A stretch of 64,000 bases of DNA from Clostridia bacterium (GCA_017456765.1 JAFTIR010000003.1:34198-98197); one strand, 5' to 3'; shown: positions 1-7,934, counted from the stretch's first letter. The notes: generated by a model not told the origin, from the sequence alone. Made by a program: numbers and translations.

Positions 1-1337
1 ATGCAGAATATGCAGTCGATGTCACGGGCGAAAATTTTGCAAGAATGTTCGCAAATATGGACGATGCATATATGCGTGCAAGACAGGCGGATGTCAGAGA
101 TGTTTCGCAGAGAATTGTATCGTGTATGAGCGAGGGTGAAGAAAAAGAAGGAGAAATGGACGACAATGTCATTGTGTGCGCCCATGACCTTTCGCCCAGT
201 GAAACGGTAGTGCTTGACAAATCAAAGGTACTCGGCTTTGTCACAAGTCACGGCTCATCAAATTCCCACACGGCGATACTTGCAAGAAACATGGCTTTGC
301 CTGCCGTAATAGGTGTCGGGGATAAATTTCTTGAGAGTATAGATGACGGTGATTTTATAATAGTAGACGGCTATGACGGAAGAATAATAGTAAACCCCGA
401 CGGTGAAACAATAGAGGCATACAAGAAAAAAAGACAAAAGGATTTACACAAAAAGGAGCTTCTCAAAAACCTCAAAGGAAAAGAAAATGTAACCCTTGAC
501 GGCAGAAAGATAAATATATATGCCAATATCGGCTCTGCCGAAAATATAGGAGATGTGCTCTATAATGACGCAGGGGGAATAGGACTTTTCAGAAGTGAAT
601 TTTTGTATCTTGAAAGAGAGGATTTTCCGAGCGAGCAGGAGCAGTTTGAGGTTTATAAAACCGTGCTTGAAAGCATGGCGGGTAAAAAGGTTGTAATTCG
701 TACTCTTGATATAGGTGCAGACAAGCAGGCTGAGTATTTCTGCCTTGAAAAGGAGGAGAACCCGGCTCTCGGGCTTCGTGCCATAAGAATTTGTCTTACC
801 CGTCCCGAGATTTTCAAAACACAACTTCGCGCTCTCTACCGTGCCTCTGTTTACGGCAATCTTGCCATAATGTTTCCCATGATAGTAAACGTATGGGAGA
901 TAGAGAAAATTTTTTCTCTCTGCGAAGAAGTGAAAAAGGAGCTTTGTGAGGGCGGAATAAGATACAGCGAAAACGTGGAAATCGGCATTATGATTGAAAC
1001 ACCTGCCTCGGCAATAATCAGTGATATTCTCGCACCAAGGCTTGACTTTTTCAGTATCGGAACAAACGATTTGACACAGTATACCCTTGCCTGTGACAGA
1101 CAGAATCCGTCTTTGGAGCAGTTTTGCGACACACATCACACAGCGCTTCTTCGGCTTATAAAATATGCCTGTGATAGCGCCCATAAAAACGGAGCATGGG
1201 TAGGCATATGCGGAGAGCTTGCTTCTGACACATCACTTACAGAAGAGTTTATAAAAATGGGTATAGATGAGCTTTCGGTGTCACCCTCGCAGGTGCTTTC
1301 TGTCAGGGAAAAGGTCAGAAGTATAAGAATTGAATAG
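1..1337 (+). CDS. ptsI: PEP-protein phosphotransferase (PTS enzyme I), C-terminal part; 5' end lies outside the window
   Basis: Frame is open from base 3 with no stop before the track ORF 45..1337. The translation has the EI phospho-histidine region GFVTSHGSSNSHTAILARNMALPAV and the PEP-utilising TIM-barrel signature FFSIGTNDLTQY. Confidence 0.9.
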   Translation, partial: AEYAVDVTGENFARMFANMDDAYMRARQADVRDVSQRIVSCMSEGEEKEGEMDDNVIVCAHDLSPSETVVLDKSKVLGFVTSHGSSNSHTAILARNMALPAVIGVGDKFLESIDDGDFIIVDGYDGRIIVNPDGETIEAYKKKRQKDLHKKELLKNLKGKENVTLDGRKINIYANIGSAENIGDVLYNDAGGIGLFRSEFLYLEREDFPSEQEQFEVYKTVLESMAGKKVVIRTLDIGADKQAEYFCLEKEENPALGLRAIRICLTRPEIFKTQLRALYRASVYGNLAIMFPMIVNVWEIEKIFSLCEEVKKELCEGGIRYSENVEIGIMIETPASAIISDILAPRLDFFSIGTNDLTQYTLACDRQNPSLEQFCDTHHTALLRLIKYACDSAHKNGAWVGICGELASDTSLTEEFIKMGIDELSVSPSQVLSVREKVRSIRIE

Positions 1338-1340
1338 AGA

Positions 1341-1366
1341 AAAGACGGCTTCTGCCGTCTTTTTTA
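1341..1366 (+). terminator. Rho-independent terminator after ptsI
   Basis: Hairpin AAGACGGC-ttct-GCCGTCTT followed by a TTTTT run, directly after the stop codon. Confidence 0.6.
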
Positions 1367-1375
1367 TGCATAGGC

Positions 1376-1404
1376 TTGACAAAAGCTTTTTTCTGTGCTA
1401 CAAT
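1376..1404 (+). promoter_or_regulatory. Sigma-A type promoter for the ArsR/SdpI pair
   Basis: TTGACA (1376..1381), 17-nt spacer, then extended -10 TGcTACAAT (TACAAT 1399..1404). Confidence 0.55.
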
Positions 1405-1428
1405 ACATTTAACAATTAAGTTAAATGT
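1405..1428. promoter_or_regulatory. Perfect 9-6-9 palindrome, candidate operator of the downstream ArsR/SdpR-like repressor
   Basis: ACATTTAAC-aattaa-GTTAAATGT lies immediately after the -10 element and before the RBS. Confidence 0.45.
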
Positions 1429-1445
1429 TAAATGAGGTAGATTTA

Positions 1446-1721
1446 ATGTCGTTTCAAAATACAATAAAGGCATTGTCCGACCCTGTAAGGCGTGAAATTC
1501 TCAATATGTTAAAACTGGGTAGAATGCCGGCAGGTCAGATTTGCGAAAAATTCGATATAAGCGATGCCGCCATATCAAGACACTTGTCGGTGCTGAAAGA
1601 AGCAGACCTCGTGCGTGATGAAAGATGCGGAAAATTCATATACTATGAGATTAACACCTCTGTGCTGGAGGAAATAATGCTTTGGATAAAATCGCTGAAA
1701 GGAGATGCGGGTAATGAATAA
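1446..1721 (+). CDS. ArsR/SdpR-family winged-helix transcriptional regulator
   Basis: The sequence LSDPVRREILNMLKLGRMPAGQICEKFDISDAAISRHLSVLKEADLV is a typical ArsR HTH. GAGGT sits 7 nt before ATG 1446, whereas the track start at 1425 lies inside the palindrome. Confidence 0.85.
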   Translation: MSFQNTIKALSDPVRREILNMLKLGRMPAGQICEKFDISDAAISRHLSVLKEADLVRDERCGKFIYYEINTSVLEEIMLWIKSLKGDAGNE

Positions 1722-2349
1722 GAAGAGAATTATTGTAACAAGCCTTGTGATTTTGCTCCCCATGCTTGCAGGAATTTTTATGTGGAATATGCTTCCTGAA
1801 AGTATACCTGTACACTGGAACTTTGAGGGCGAAATTGACGATTATGCCAGTAAAGCCTTTGCGGTTTTCGGTCTGCCGCTTATTATGCTTGGCGCGCATC
1901 TTATCTGTTCTCTTGCTACACTTGCTGACCCAAAGACGCAAAATTTCAATTCTAAGATGTTGGGAATTGTTCTTTGGATTTGCCCTGTTTTGTCAATTCT
2001 TTGCATGACGGCATGCTATTCGGCGTCATTCGGCTTTGATGTAAGGGTCGAATTTATAATTCCTCTTTTCATGGGTGTGCTTTTTCTGATTATCGGCAAC
2101 TATCTTCCAAAATGCAAACAGAATTATACAATCGGAATAAAAGTGCCCTGGACGCTTAACAGCGAGGATAACTGGAATAAAACCCACAGACTTGCAGGTA
2201 TCATCTGGACAGCAGGCTCTGCCATTATAATTGTCGGCTCATTCTTCAAGAAAGCGGTGATTTTTACCACCTTTGTTCCAATAGTCATTATGGTGTTTGT
2301 TCCCATAATCTATTCTTATCTTTATTACAGAAAACACGGTGAAAAATAA
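1714..2349 (+). CDS. SdpI/YhfL-family integral membrane protein (DUF1648 + SdpI domains)
   Basis: Signatures LPESIPVHWNFEGEIDDYASK and NYTIGIKVPWTLNSEDNWNKTHRLAG, with several hydrophobic segments. It overlaps the regulator stop by 8 nt. Confidence 0.75.
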   Translation: MNKKRIIVTSLVILLPMLAGIFMWNMLPESIPVHWNFEGEIDDYASKAFAVFGLPLIMLGAHLICSLATLADPKTQNFNSKMLGIVLWICPVLSILCMTACYSASFGFDVRVEFIIPLFMGVLFLIIGNYLPKCKQNYTIGIKVPWTLNSEDNWNKTHRLAGIIWTAGSAIIIVGSFFKKAVIFTTFVPIVIMVFVPIIYSYLYYRKHGEK

Positions 2350-2364
2350 TTACGGGGTGCTTAT

Positions 2365-3192
2365 ATGAAAAGAACTACTGTACCAAAGTATTATAAAACA
2401 GACGGCTTTGAGAATATAAACGGATTTTCTGTGTCCTGTAACCTTGTAAGAGAAAAGTATAATGTTCATCAGCATGAATACTTTGAGCTTGAACTGATAA
2501 TTGAGGGAGAAAGTGTTCACACCCTCAACGGAGAAAAGTGCAATATTTCAAAGGGAGATGTGATTTTTGTTACTCCCATGGACCGACACGGCTATGAGAG
2601 CTGTTTTATAAGGACTTACACAATACACTTTTCAGGGGCAAATTTAAGTCCCATTTTCAAAAATGCACTTTCCTTGGGCAAAAACAGAATAATAAAAAAT
2701 GTCGATACGGTTACACAGAACTATTTTAAACTTGCACATAAATTCTTTATGGAGACGGGGGCAAAGTACAGGGACATAAAAATAAAAAATCTCGTTGAGC
2801 TGATACTCCTCGAGCTTATGCCGGATATTTTTGCAGAGTCTGAAAAAATGCCTCTTATCAATGACAGACTTACCGAAGCAATTGGATATATCAATGTTAA
2901 TTTCACAAACGAGATAACCCTTGGCACAATTGAAGGTCTTTTCGGACTTTCGGGTGCATACTTCAGCCGCGCCTTTAAAAATAGAGTGGGCAAGACCTTT
3001 GTGAACTACATCTCGGAAAAGAGAATTGAGTACGCGAAAAAATTGCTTCTTTCAGGGGAAAAGGTAATTGATACCTGTTATGAGTGCGGTTTTTCAAGCG
3101 AGAGAAATTTTGCAAGGCGTTTTCGCGAGCTTGTAGGCATGACTCCCAAGGAATATGTACTCAATTCAAAAAAAGAATTCTCTGAGTCTTGA
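2365..3192 (+). CDS. AraC-family transcriptional regulator (cupin sensor + HTH)
   Basis: The C-terminal AraC HTH reads FSRAFKNRVGKTFVNYISEKRIEYAKKLL...GFSSERNFARRFRELVGMTPKEY. The N-terminal part is cupin-like. Confidence 0.85.
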   Translation: MKRTTVPKYYKTDGFENINGFSVSCNLVREKYNVHQHEYFELELIIEGESVHTLNGEKCNISKGDVIFVTPMDRHGYESCFIRTYTIHFSGANLSPIFKNALSLGKNRIIKNVDTVTQNYFKLAHKFFMETGAKYRDIKIKNLVELILLELMPDIFAESEKMPLINDRLTEAIGYINVNFTNEITLGTIEGLFGLSGAYFSRAFKNRVGKTFVNYISEKRIEYAKKLLLSGEKVIDTCYECGFSSERNFARRFRELVGMTPKEYVLNSKKEFSES

Positions 3193-3217
3193 CAAAACGG
3201 TAAGTATGTGGTATACT
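3189..3217 (+). promoter_or_regulatory. Sigma-A type promoter upstream of pnuC
   Basis: TTGACA (3189..3194), 17 nt, then TGgTATACT (TATACT 3212..3217). It leaves a leader of about 128 nt before ATG 3346. Confidence 0.5.
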
Positions 3218-3345
3218 CCCGTTTGTGAAGTGAATAGTGTAACTTGCCACCGGGTAAGTAAAAATGTTTTTTGAGCATTTGCATGTGCATCGTTAGGTCT
3301 TTGAAGATGTGCAGGTAAATGCTTTTAGTTTTGTCGGAGGAAAAA

Positions 3346-4032
3346 ATGAAAATCAAAAATCCTTTTTTGCTGCTTAATAAATTTGAAATGGCACTTTGGC
3401 TCTCGTCCGTGTTTGTTGTAATTCTCTCGTATGTTCTCTCGGGCTTTGAGGGTACGGCAAATACAATTTGCTCGATAATTGGAGTTACGGCTCTTATTTT
3501 CGTTGCAAAGGGTCATGTTCTCGGTATGGTTCTGTGTATAATCTTTGCGGCGTTTTACGGACTCATATCTCTGCATTTCCGCTACTACGGAGAGCTTATA
3601 ACCTATGTGGGAATGACGCTTCCAATGGATGTTTTTGCCCTTGTTTCCTGGATAAAAAATCCGTATAAGGACACCCACGAGGTAAAGGTTGCAAAAATGA
3701 CACATGGACAGATGGTTTTCATGTGGGTTGCGGCTGTCGTTGTAAGCGCAATATTCTATTTTCTTCTCGGTGCGCTTTCAACGCCAAATCTCGTGTTCAG
3801 CACAGTTTCCGTCACAACGAGCTTTCTCGCCGTGGCACTCACATATTTCAGAAGTCCCTACTATGCCCTTGCATATGCGGCAAATGACGTGGTGCTTATT
3901 GTACTCTGGACACTTGCCTGCTTTGAGGATTTGTCCTATGTCCCAATGGTTATGTGCTTTGTGATGTTCCTTGCAAATGACCTTTACGGGCTTTATAACT
4001 GGAAAAAGATGCAAAAAAGACAGACAGAATAA
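3346..4032 (+). CDS. pnuC: PnuC-family nicotinamide riboside (or related vitamin) transporter
   Basis: Multi-TM protein with SWIKNPYKD and the C-terminal LANDLYGLYNWKK typical of PnuC. GGAGG lies 6 nt before ATG 3346. Confidence 0.75.
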   Translation: MKIKNPFLLLNKFEMALWLSSVFVVILSYVLSGFEGTANTICSIIGVTALIFVAKGHVLGMVLCIIFAAFYGLISLHFRYYGELITYVGMTLPMDVFALVSWIKNPYKDTHEVKVAKMTHGQMVFMWVAAVVVSAIFYFLLGALSTPNLVFSTVSVTTSFLAVALTYFRSPYYALAYAANDVVLIVLWTLACFEDLSYVPMVMCFVMFLANDLYGLYNWKKMQKRQTE

Positions 4033-4073
4033 AAGAATCCCTATGTGTTTAATGCACATAGGGTGTTATTTTT
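4033..4073. terminator. Bidirectional terminator between pnuC and the metal-resistance operon
   Basis: Hairpin CCCTATGTG-tttaatg-CACATAGGG (4039..4063), flanked by an A-run upstream and a T-run downstream. Confidence 0.5.
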
Positions 4074-4439
4074 CTATTCGTTTATATGTTCAAGTCCCAT
4101 TTCGATAATTGTTCGAACATGGTCGTCCGAGAGGGAATAGAACACCGTCTTTCCGTCGCGGCGACACTTTACAAGCTTTGCCTTTCTGAGGATTGCAAGC
4201 TGGTGGGAGATTGCCGAGCTTGTCATGCCCAGAACCTCTGCAAGACCGCAGGTGCAGGCTTCTGCTTCAAAGAGAACAAAAAGAATTTTCATTCTCGTCG
4301 AATCTCCGAACATTTTGAATAGCTCGGCAAGGTCGAAAACAAGCTCGTCCTCAGGCATGTCGTCTGCGATTTTTTTAAGCAAATGTGTGTGAACCTCCTC
4401 GTCGTTGTGACAGGGGTAAAGGTTTTCTTTGTTTTCCAT
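4074..4439 (-). CDS. ArsR/SmtB-family metal-sensing repressor (CadC/CzrA-like)
   Basis: Signature LFKMFGDSTRMKILFVLFEAEACTCGLAEVLGMTSSAISHQLAILRKAKLV. It is the last gene of the operon containing the P-type ATPase. Confidence 0.85.
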   Translation of the reverse strand: MENKENLYPCHNDEEVHTHLLKKIADDMPEDELVFDLAELFKMFGDSTRMKILFVLFEAEACTCGLAEVLGMTSSAISHQLAILRKAKLVKCRRDGKTVFYSLSDDHVRTIIEMGLEHINE

Positions 4440-4448
4440 ATTTCTCTC

Positions 4449-6320
4449 CTACAAGTTTTTTACATTAAGTGTTCTTATTGCATTGAGTACGGCAATTACC
4501 ATGACTCCTACATCCGCAAATATTGCAACCCACATGTTTGCAATGCCGACGGCACCGAGAATAAGACAAAGTATCTTTATGCCGATTGCAAAAACAATGT
4601 TCTGATAGACAATGGTCATGCACTTTTTTGAAATGTTTATCGCCTTTGGTATTTTTTCGGGGTTGTCGTCCATGAGAACGATGTCGGAAGCCTCTATTGC
4701 CGCATCAGAACCGATTGTACCCATGGAAATGCCAACATCCGCACAGGAAAGTACCGGCGCATCGTTAATACCGTCGCCAACAAAAATCAGCTTTTGCTCA
4801 GCACCCTTTTCGCTTATCAGCTTTTCCACAATTTCAACCTTGTCATTTGGTAAAAGCTCGGAAAAGAATCTGTCAATACCAAGCGTTGAAGCAACCTTCT
4901 GCGCTACTTCTCTACTGTCACCCGTCAGCATTATACATTCTGTGATGCCTGTTTTTTTCAGAGCTTTGATTGCGTTATCCGAACCGTCCTTTATTATGTC
5001 GGATATGATAATGCACCCCGAATATTTTCCGTCTATGGAAATGTAAACTGCTGTGCTTTGATTTTCGCATTTTTCGAAGTCTACTCCTGACTCTCTGAGA
5101 AGAAGCGGCTTTCCGACAAGAACTTTTTTGTTGTCAATCACAGCACTTATGCCCATTCCCGAAATCTCACTTATATCTGAAATTCTGCCTCTGTCAATCT
5201 CTTTGCCATAGGCTTTTTTCAGGCTTTCTCCAATCGGATGGGTAGAAAAACTCTCGGCGTATGCCGCATATTCCACAAGCTCACTTTCAGATAAGCCGAT
5301 GGGGTGAATTTCCGTCACCTCAAAAACTCCTTTAGTGAGAGTGCCTGTCTTGTCAAACACGGCGATTTTTGTTTTTGACAAGGTTTCGATGAAGTTTGAG
5401 CCTTTTATGAGAATTCCCTCTGAGCAGGCACCGCCGATGCAAGCAAAAAAACCGAGAGGGATTGAGATAACAAGTGCGCAGGGACAGCTGATTACAAGAA
5501 ATGTCAGCGCTCTGTAAACCCATTTTGAAAACTCCCATGAGCCTGTGGAAATCACACTCAAAAAGGGCGGAATAAGTGCGAGAGCAAGGGCGGAAAAACA
5601 AACTACAGGAGTGTAAACCCTTGCAAACTTTGTGATAAAATGTTCGGATTTTGATTTTCTCGACGAGGCATTTTCCACAAGTTCCAGAATTTTTGAGGCG
5701 GTGGATTCTCCGAATTCCTTTGTTGTCTTTATGAAAACAGGACTTGAAAGGTTTATGACGCCGCTTACAATTTCGTCGCCTTCACAAGCGTTTTTTGGCA
5801 CAGCCTCACCCGTAAGCGCCGATGTATCAAGACTTGTGCTGCCCTTTACAATAACGCCGTCAATGGGTACTCTTTCTCCTGGTTTTACAATAATTGTACT
5901 TTCGATTTCAACCTCGGCCGGGTCAACCATATTTATACTGCCGTCAGAAAGCACGAGATTTGCAGTGTCCGGGCGTATATCCATAAGGGAAGAAATATTC
6001 TTTCTGCTTTTGCCCACGGCAATGCTTTGAAAAAGCTCGCCAATCTGATAAAACAGCATAACGGCAACACCCTCGGTATATTCTCCCAAAATCATGGCAC
6101 CGACAGTTGCCGCAGCCATAAGAAAATTCTCGTCAAAGGGCGAAAGATTTATTATTCCGTGCAGAGCATCAATAAGTATGTCGTAGCCGATGATAAAGTA
6201 GGGGATAAGAAAGAGAAGTAGCTTTGTTATTTTGTGGGTGGTGGGAAGAATAATCGCTAAAATCAGAAAAATAGCGCCGAGAATCAGGCGGTAGAGTATT
6301 TGTTTTTGTTTTTTTGTCAT
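4449..6320 (-). CDS. Heavy-metal translocating P1B-type ATPase (Cd/Zn/Co-type CPC pump, no N-terminal HMA domain)
   Basis: Carries the CPC motif SCPCALVISIP, phosphorylation site DKTGTLT, hinge GDGINDAP and the TGE loop ALTGEAVP. Confidence 0.9.
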   Translation of the reverse strand: MTKKQKQILYRLILGAIFLILAIILPTTHKITKLLLFLIPYFIIGYDILIDALHGIINLSPFDENFLMAAATVGAMILGEYTEGVAVMLFYQIGELFQSIAVGKSRKNISSLMDIRPDTANLVLSDGSINMVDPAEVEIESTIIVKPGERVPIDGVIVKGSTSLDTSALTGEAVPKNACEGDEIVSGVINLSSPVFIKTTKEFGESTASKILELVENASSRKSKSEHFITKFARVYTPVVCFSALALALIPPFLSVISTGSWEFSKWVYRALTFLVISCPCALVISIPLGFFACIGGACSEGILIKGSNFIETLSKTKIAVFDKTGTLTKGVFEVTEIHPIGLSESELVEYAAYAESFSTHPIGESLKKAYGKEIDRGRISDISEISGMGISAVIDNKKVLVGKPLLLRESGVDFEKCENQSTAVYISIDGKYSGCIIISDIIKDGSDNAIKALKKTGITECIMLTGDSREVAQKVASTLGIDRFFSELLPNDKVEIVEKLISEKGAEQKLIFVGDGINDAPVLSCADVGISMGTIGSDAAIEASDIVLMDDNPEKIPKAINISKKCMTIVYQNIVFAIGIKILCLILGAVGIANMWVAIFADVGVMVIAVLNAIRTLNVKNL

Positions 6321-6743
6321 ATAGAAAACCTCGATTCCATGGATTCTGCCGTCAGCTTGACGGCAAGTGTGTTACTTTTGACTCAGCAAAAGTAACCAAA
6401 ACTGCCCACTCTGCAAAAAATTACCGCTACGCTCAGATTTTTTGCGTAGCCGTGGAGGCTTGCCCTCAACAAATTGTTGGAAAAAGCTCCTTTTTGCTCT
6501 CACTAATAATCGTGGTTTGCCTCGCAAAGCGAGGCTATAGCCTGCCATACGGCAGGCAAATACCGCCTAAGTAGAGAGAAAAAACACAAACTTTCTCTTT
6601 ACTGCGTAGAGATAAAAAAGAGCCACCACGGCTCGTGTCGAATGTTACGGAGCGAAGCGAAGTATTCGACACATGAGTGGAGATTTTTTGGTTTCTTTTG
6701 CATCGGGGCAAAAGAAACTCGGCACTGCTGTGCCGAAATTTTT
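6321..6743. repeat. Non-coding intra-operon spacer made of about 10 consecutive, mutually dissimilar perfect hairpins
   Basis: Hairpins at 6348..6364, 6371..6396, 6426..6450, 6519..6535, 6540..6557, 6635..6672, 6691..6718 and 6720..6735. Only short, unsupported ORFs cross the region. Confidence 0.6.
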
Positions 6744-6962
6744 TTAAAACTCTATCTCGCAGTCTCTCTCAACCTTTTTGCAGGCCTTCAGGACCTCTGT
6801 CATAACAGTCTTCTCGTCAGCACCGTCTTCAAATTCAACCGTCATTTTCTGTGCCATAAAGCTGACAGTTGCGCACTTTATTCCCTGAATTTTGTTTGCT
6901 GCATCCTCCATTTTTTGTGCACAGTTTGCACAGTCCACTTCAATATTGTATTTCTTTTTCAT
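6744..6962 (-). CDS. Heavy-metal-associated (HMA) domain protein, metallochaperone-like
   Basis: MKKKYNIEVDCANCAQKMEDA shows the CxxC metal-binding motif in a ferredoxin-like HMA fold. AGGAGG lies 8 nt before ATG 6962. Confidence 0.8.
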   Translation of the reverse strand: MKKKYNIEVDCANCAQKMEDAANKIQGIKCATVSFMAQKMTVEFEDGADEKTVMTEVLKACKKVERDCEIEF

Positions 6963-6983
6963 ACTAATTCCTCCTGATATTTC

Positions 6984-7017
6984 AGAAAACGATTGAACAA
7001 TCATTCAATCGTTTTCT
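6984..7017. promoter_or_regulatory. 14-6-14 inverted repeat, candidate ArsR/SmtB operator
   Basis: AGAAAACGATTGAA-caatca-TTCAATCGTTTTCT contains the TGAA...TTCA core typical of SmtB-family operators. It sits directly downstream of the -10 box. Confidence 0.55.
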
Positions 7018-7019
7018 CT

Positions 7020-7048
7020 ATTATATGCTGAAAATTTGAATTTGTCAA
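7020..7048 (-). promoter_or_regulatory. Consensus sigma-A promoter of the metal-resistance operon
   Basis: On the minus strand, TTGACA (7048..7043), 17 nt, then TATAAT (7025..7020). Confidence 0.6.
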
Positions 7049-7092
7049 TAGGGAAAAGAAAAAACACCCGTTGCAAAAAATCACATTGGGTG

Positions 7093-7305
7093 TTACTCTT
7101 TTTCAAATTTAATTATGTCGTTTATCTCGCAATCAAGTGCATAGCATAAGGCATCAAGCGTTTTGGTGTTTATAGCTTGTCCCTTTTTGATGCGGTAAAG
7201 GGTGTTAGCTGAAAACCCCTGCTTGAATATCAGATAGTATTCTGTAAGCCCTTTTTTGTAAAGGGTTTCATAAAACGGCTTATAACTTATCATCATTATC
7301 ACCAA
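7093..7305 (-). CDS. XRE-family helix-turn-helix transcriptional regulator (about 65-70 aa)
   Basis: The HTH reads LTEYYLIFKQGFSANTLYRIKKGQAINTKTLDALCYALDCEINDII. The exact start is ambiguous (several Met codons). Confidence 0.8.
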   Translation of the reverse strand: MVIMMISYKPFYETLYKKGLTEYYLIFKQGFSANTLYRIKKGQAINTKTLDALCYALDCEINDIIKFEKE

Positions 7306-7347
7306 ATTGTTTGTTTTTTCTATGTTAATTTTATCATACTTAACCTA

Positions 7348-7376
7348 TTGACTATACTTAATAAATTGAGTATAAT
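7348..7376 (+). promoter_or_regulatory. Sigma-A promoter for the GGDEF gene
   Basis: TTGACT (7348..7353), 17 nt, TATAAT (7371..7376). Two copies of ATACTTAA flank the -35. Confidence 0.5.
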
Positions 7377-7406
7377 ATTGTTATTATTTTGATTGGAGGG
7401 AAAAGG

Positions 7407-7934
7407 ATGAAATTCGTATATGTGTTTTTGATGGTTTTGCTGCTTATAGCATTAGCAGTAATGAGTTATTTATTTATCCTTTTCAAACGTATTGCAACAA
7501 TTGATTTGATGACAGGTCTTAAAAACAGAAATGCTTATGAAATAAAACTGAAACAGCTTGGCAGGAAGCTTAAAAACGAAGAGGCATGGATTGTGATTTA
7601 TGATGTTGACAGTCTGAAAGCGCTGAATTTCAGAGGCGGTCACTTAATGGGAGATAGGGCGATTATAGCGGTTGCGGATACACTTAAAGGCGTGTTTTGC
7701 GAAAAAGCCTATTCAATTTTCAGAATCGGTGGGGATGAGTTTGTGGTAATTGCCGTGGATGCCAGCGAAGATGAGCTAAAGATAAAAATTTCAAAAACAG
7801 AGTCGATACTTGAAGGCTTTTCAGCTTCAAAGGGGTACGCAAGAATCAATTACGGAAGTGAAAATTCATATAGCACTGCCTTTAAGAGGGCAGATGAAAT
7901 GTTGTTTAAGGAAAAGAAAGAAAAAGTTAAATAG
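7407..7934 (+). CDS. Membrane-anchored GGDEF-domain diguanylate cyclase
   Basis: One N-terminal TM helix (FVYVFLMVLLLIALAVMSYLFILF), then DLMTGLKNRNAY and an intact RIGGDEFVVI active site. GGAGGG precedes ATG 7407. Confidence 0.85.
   Translation: MKFVYVFLMVLLLIALAVMSYLFILFKRIATIDLMTGLKNRNAYEIKLKQLGRKLKNEEAWIVIYDVDSLKALNFRGGHLMGDRAIIAVADTLKGVFCEKAYSIFRIGGDEFVVIAVDASEDELKIKISKTESILEGFSASKGYARINYGSENSYSTAFKRADEMLFKEKKEKVK

Noticed and set aside
444-1184. Long antisense ORFs in the track. Examples are 444..1184(-), 11679..12320(-), 14435..15196(+), 16919..17527(+), 19409..20047(-), 37146..37820(-), 37232..37837(-) and 59212..59850(+).
   Set aside because: Each lies opposite a gene with unmistakable family motifs (ptsI, pgk, CNNM, OPT, response regulator, malic enzyme, argF). 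None has an RBS or a recognisable domain, and all have the skewed composition typical of shadow frames.
6321-6743. The hairpin arrays considered as a possible CRISPR array, or as coding ORFs (6314..6574 and 6642..6977).
   Set aside because: There is no constant repeat at regular spacing, since every stem differs, and no cas genes are present. The ORFs have no RBS, are low-complexity, and one overlaps the HMA gene in antisense.
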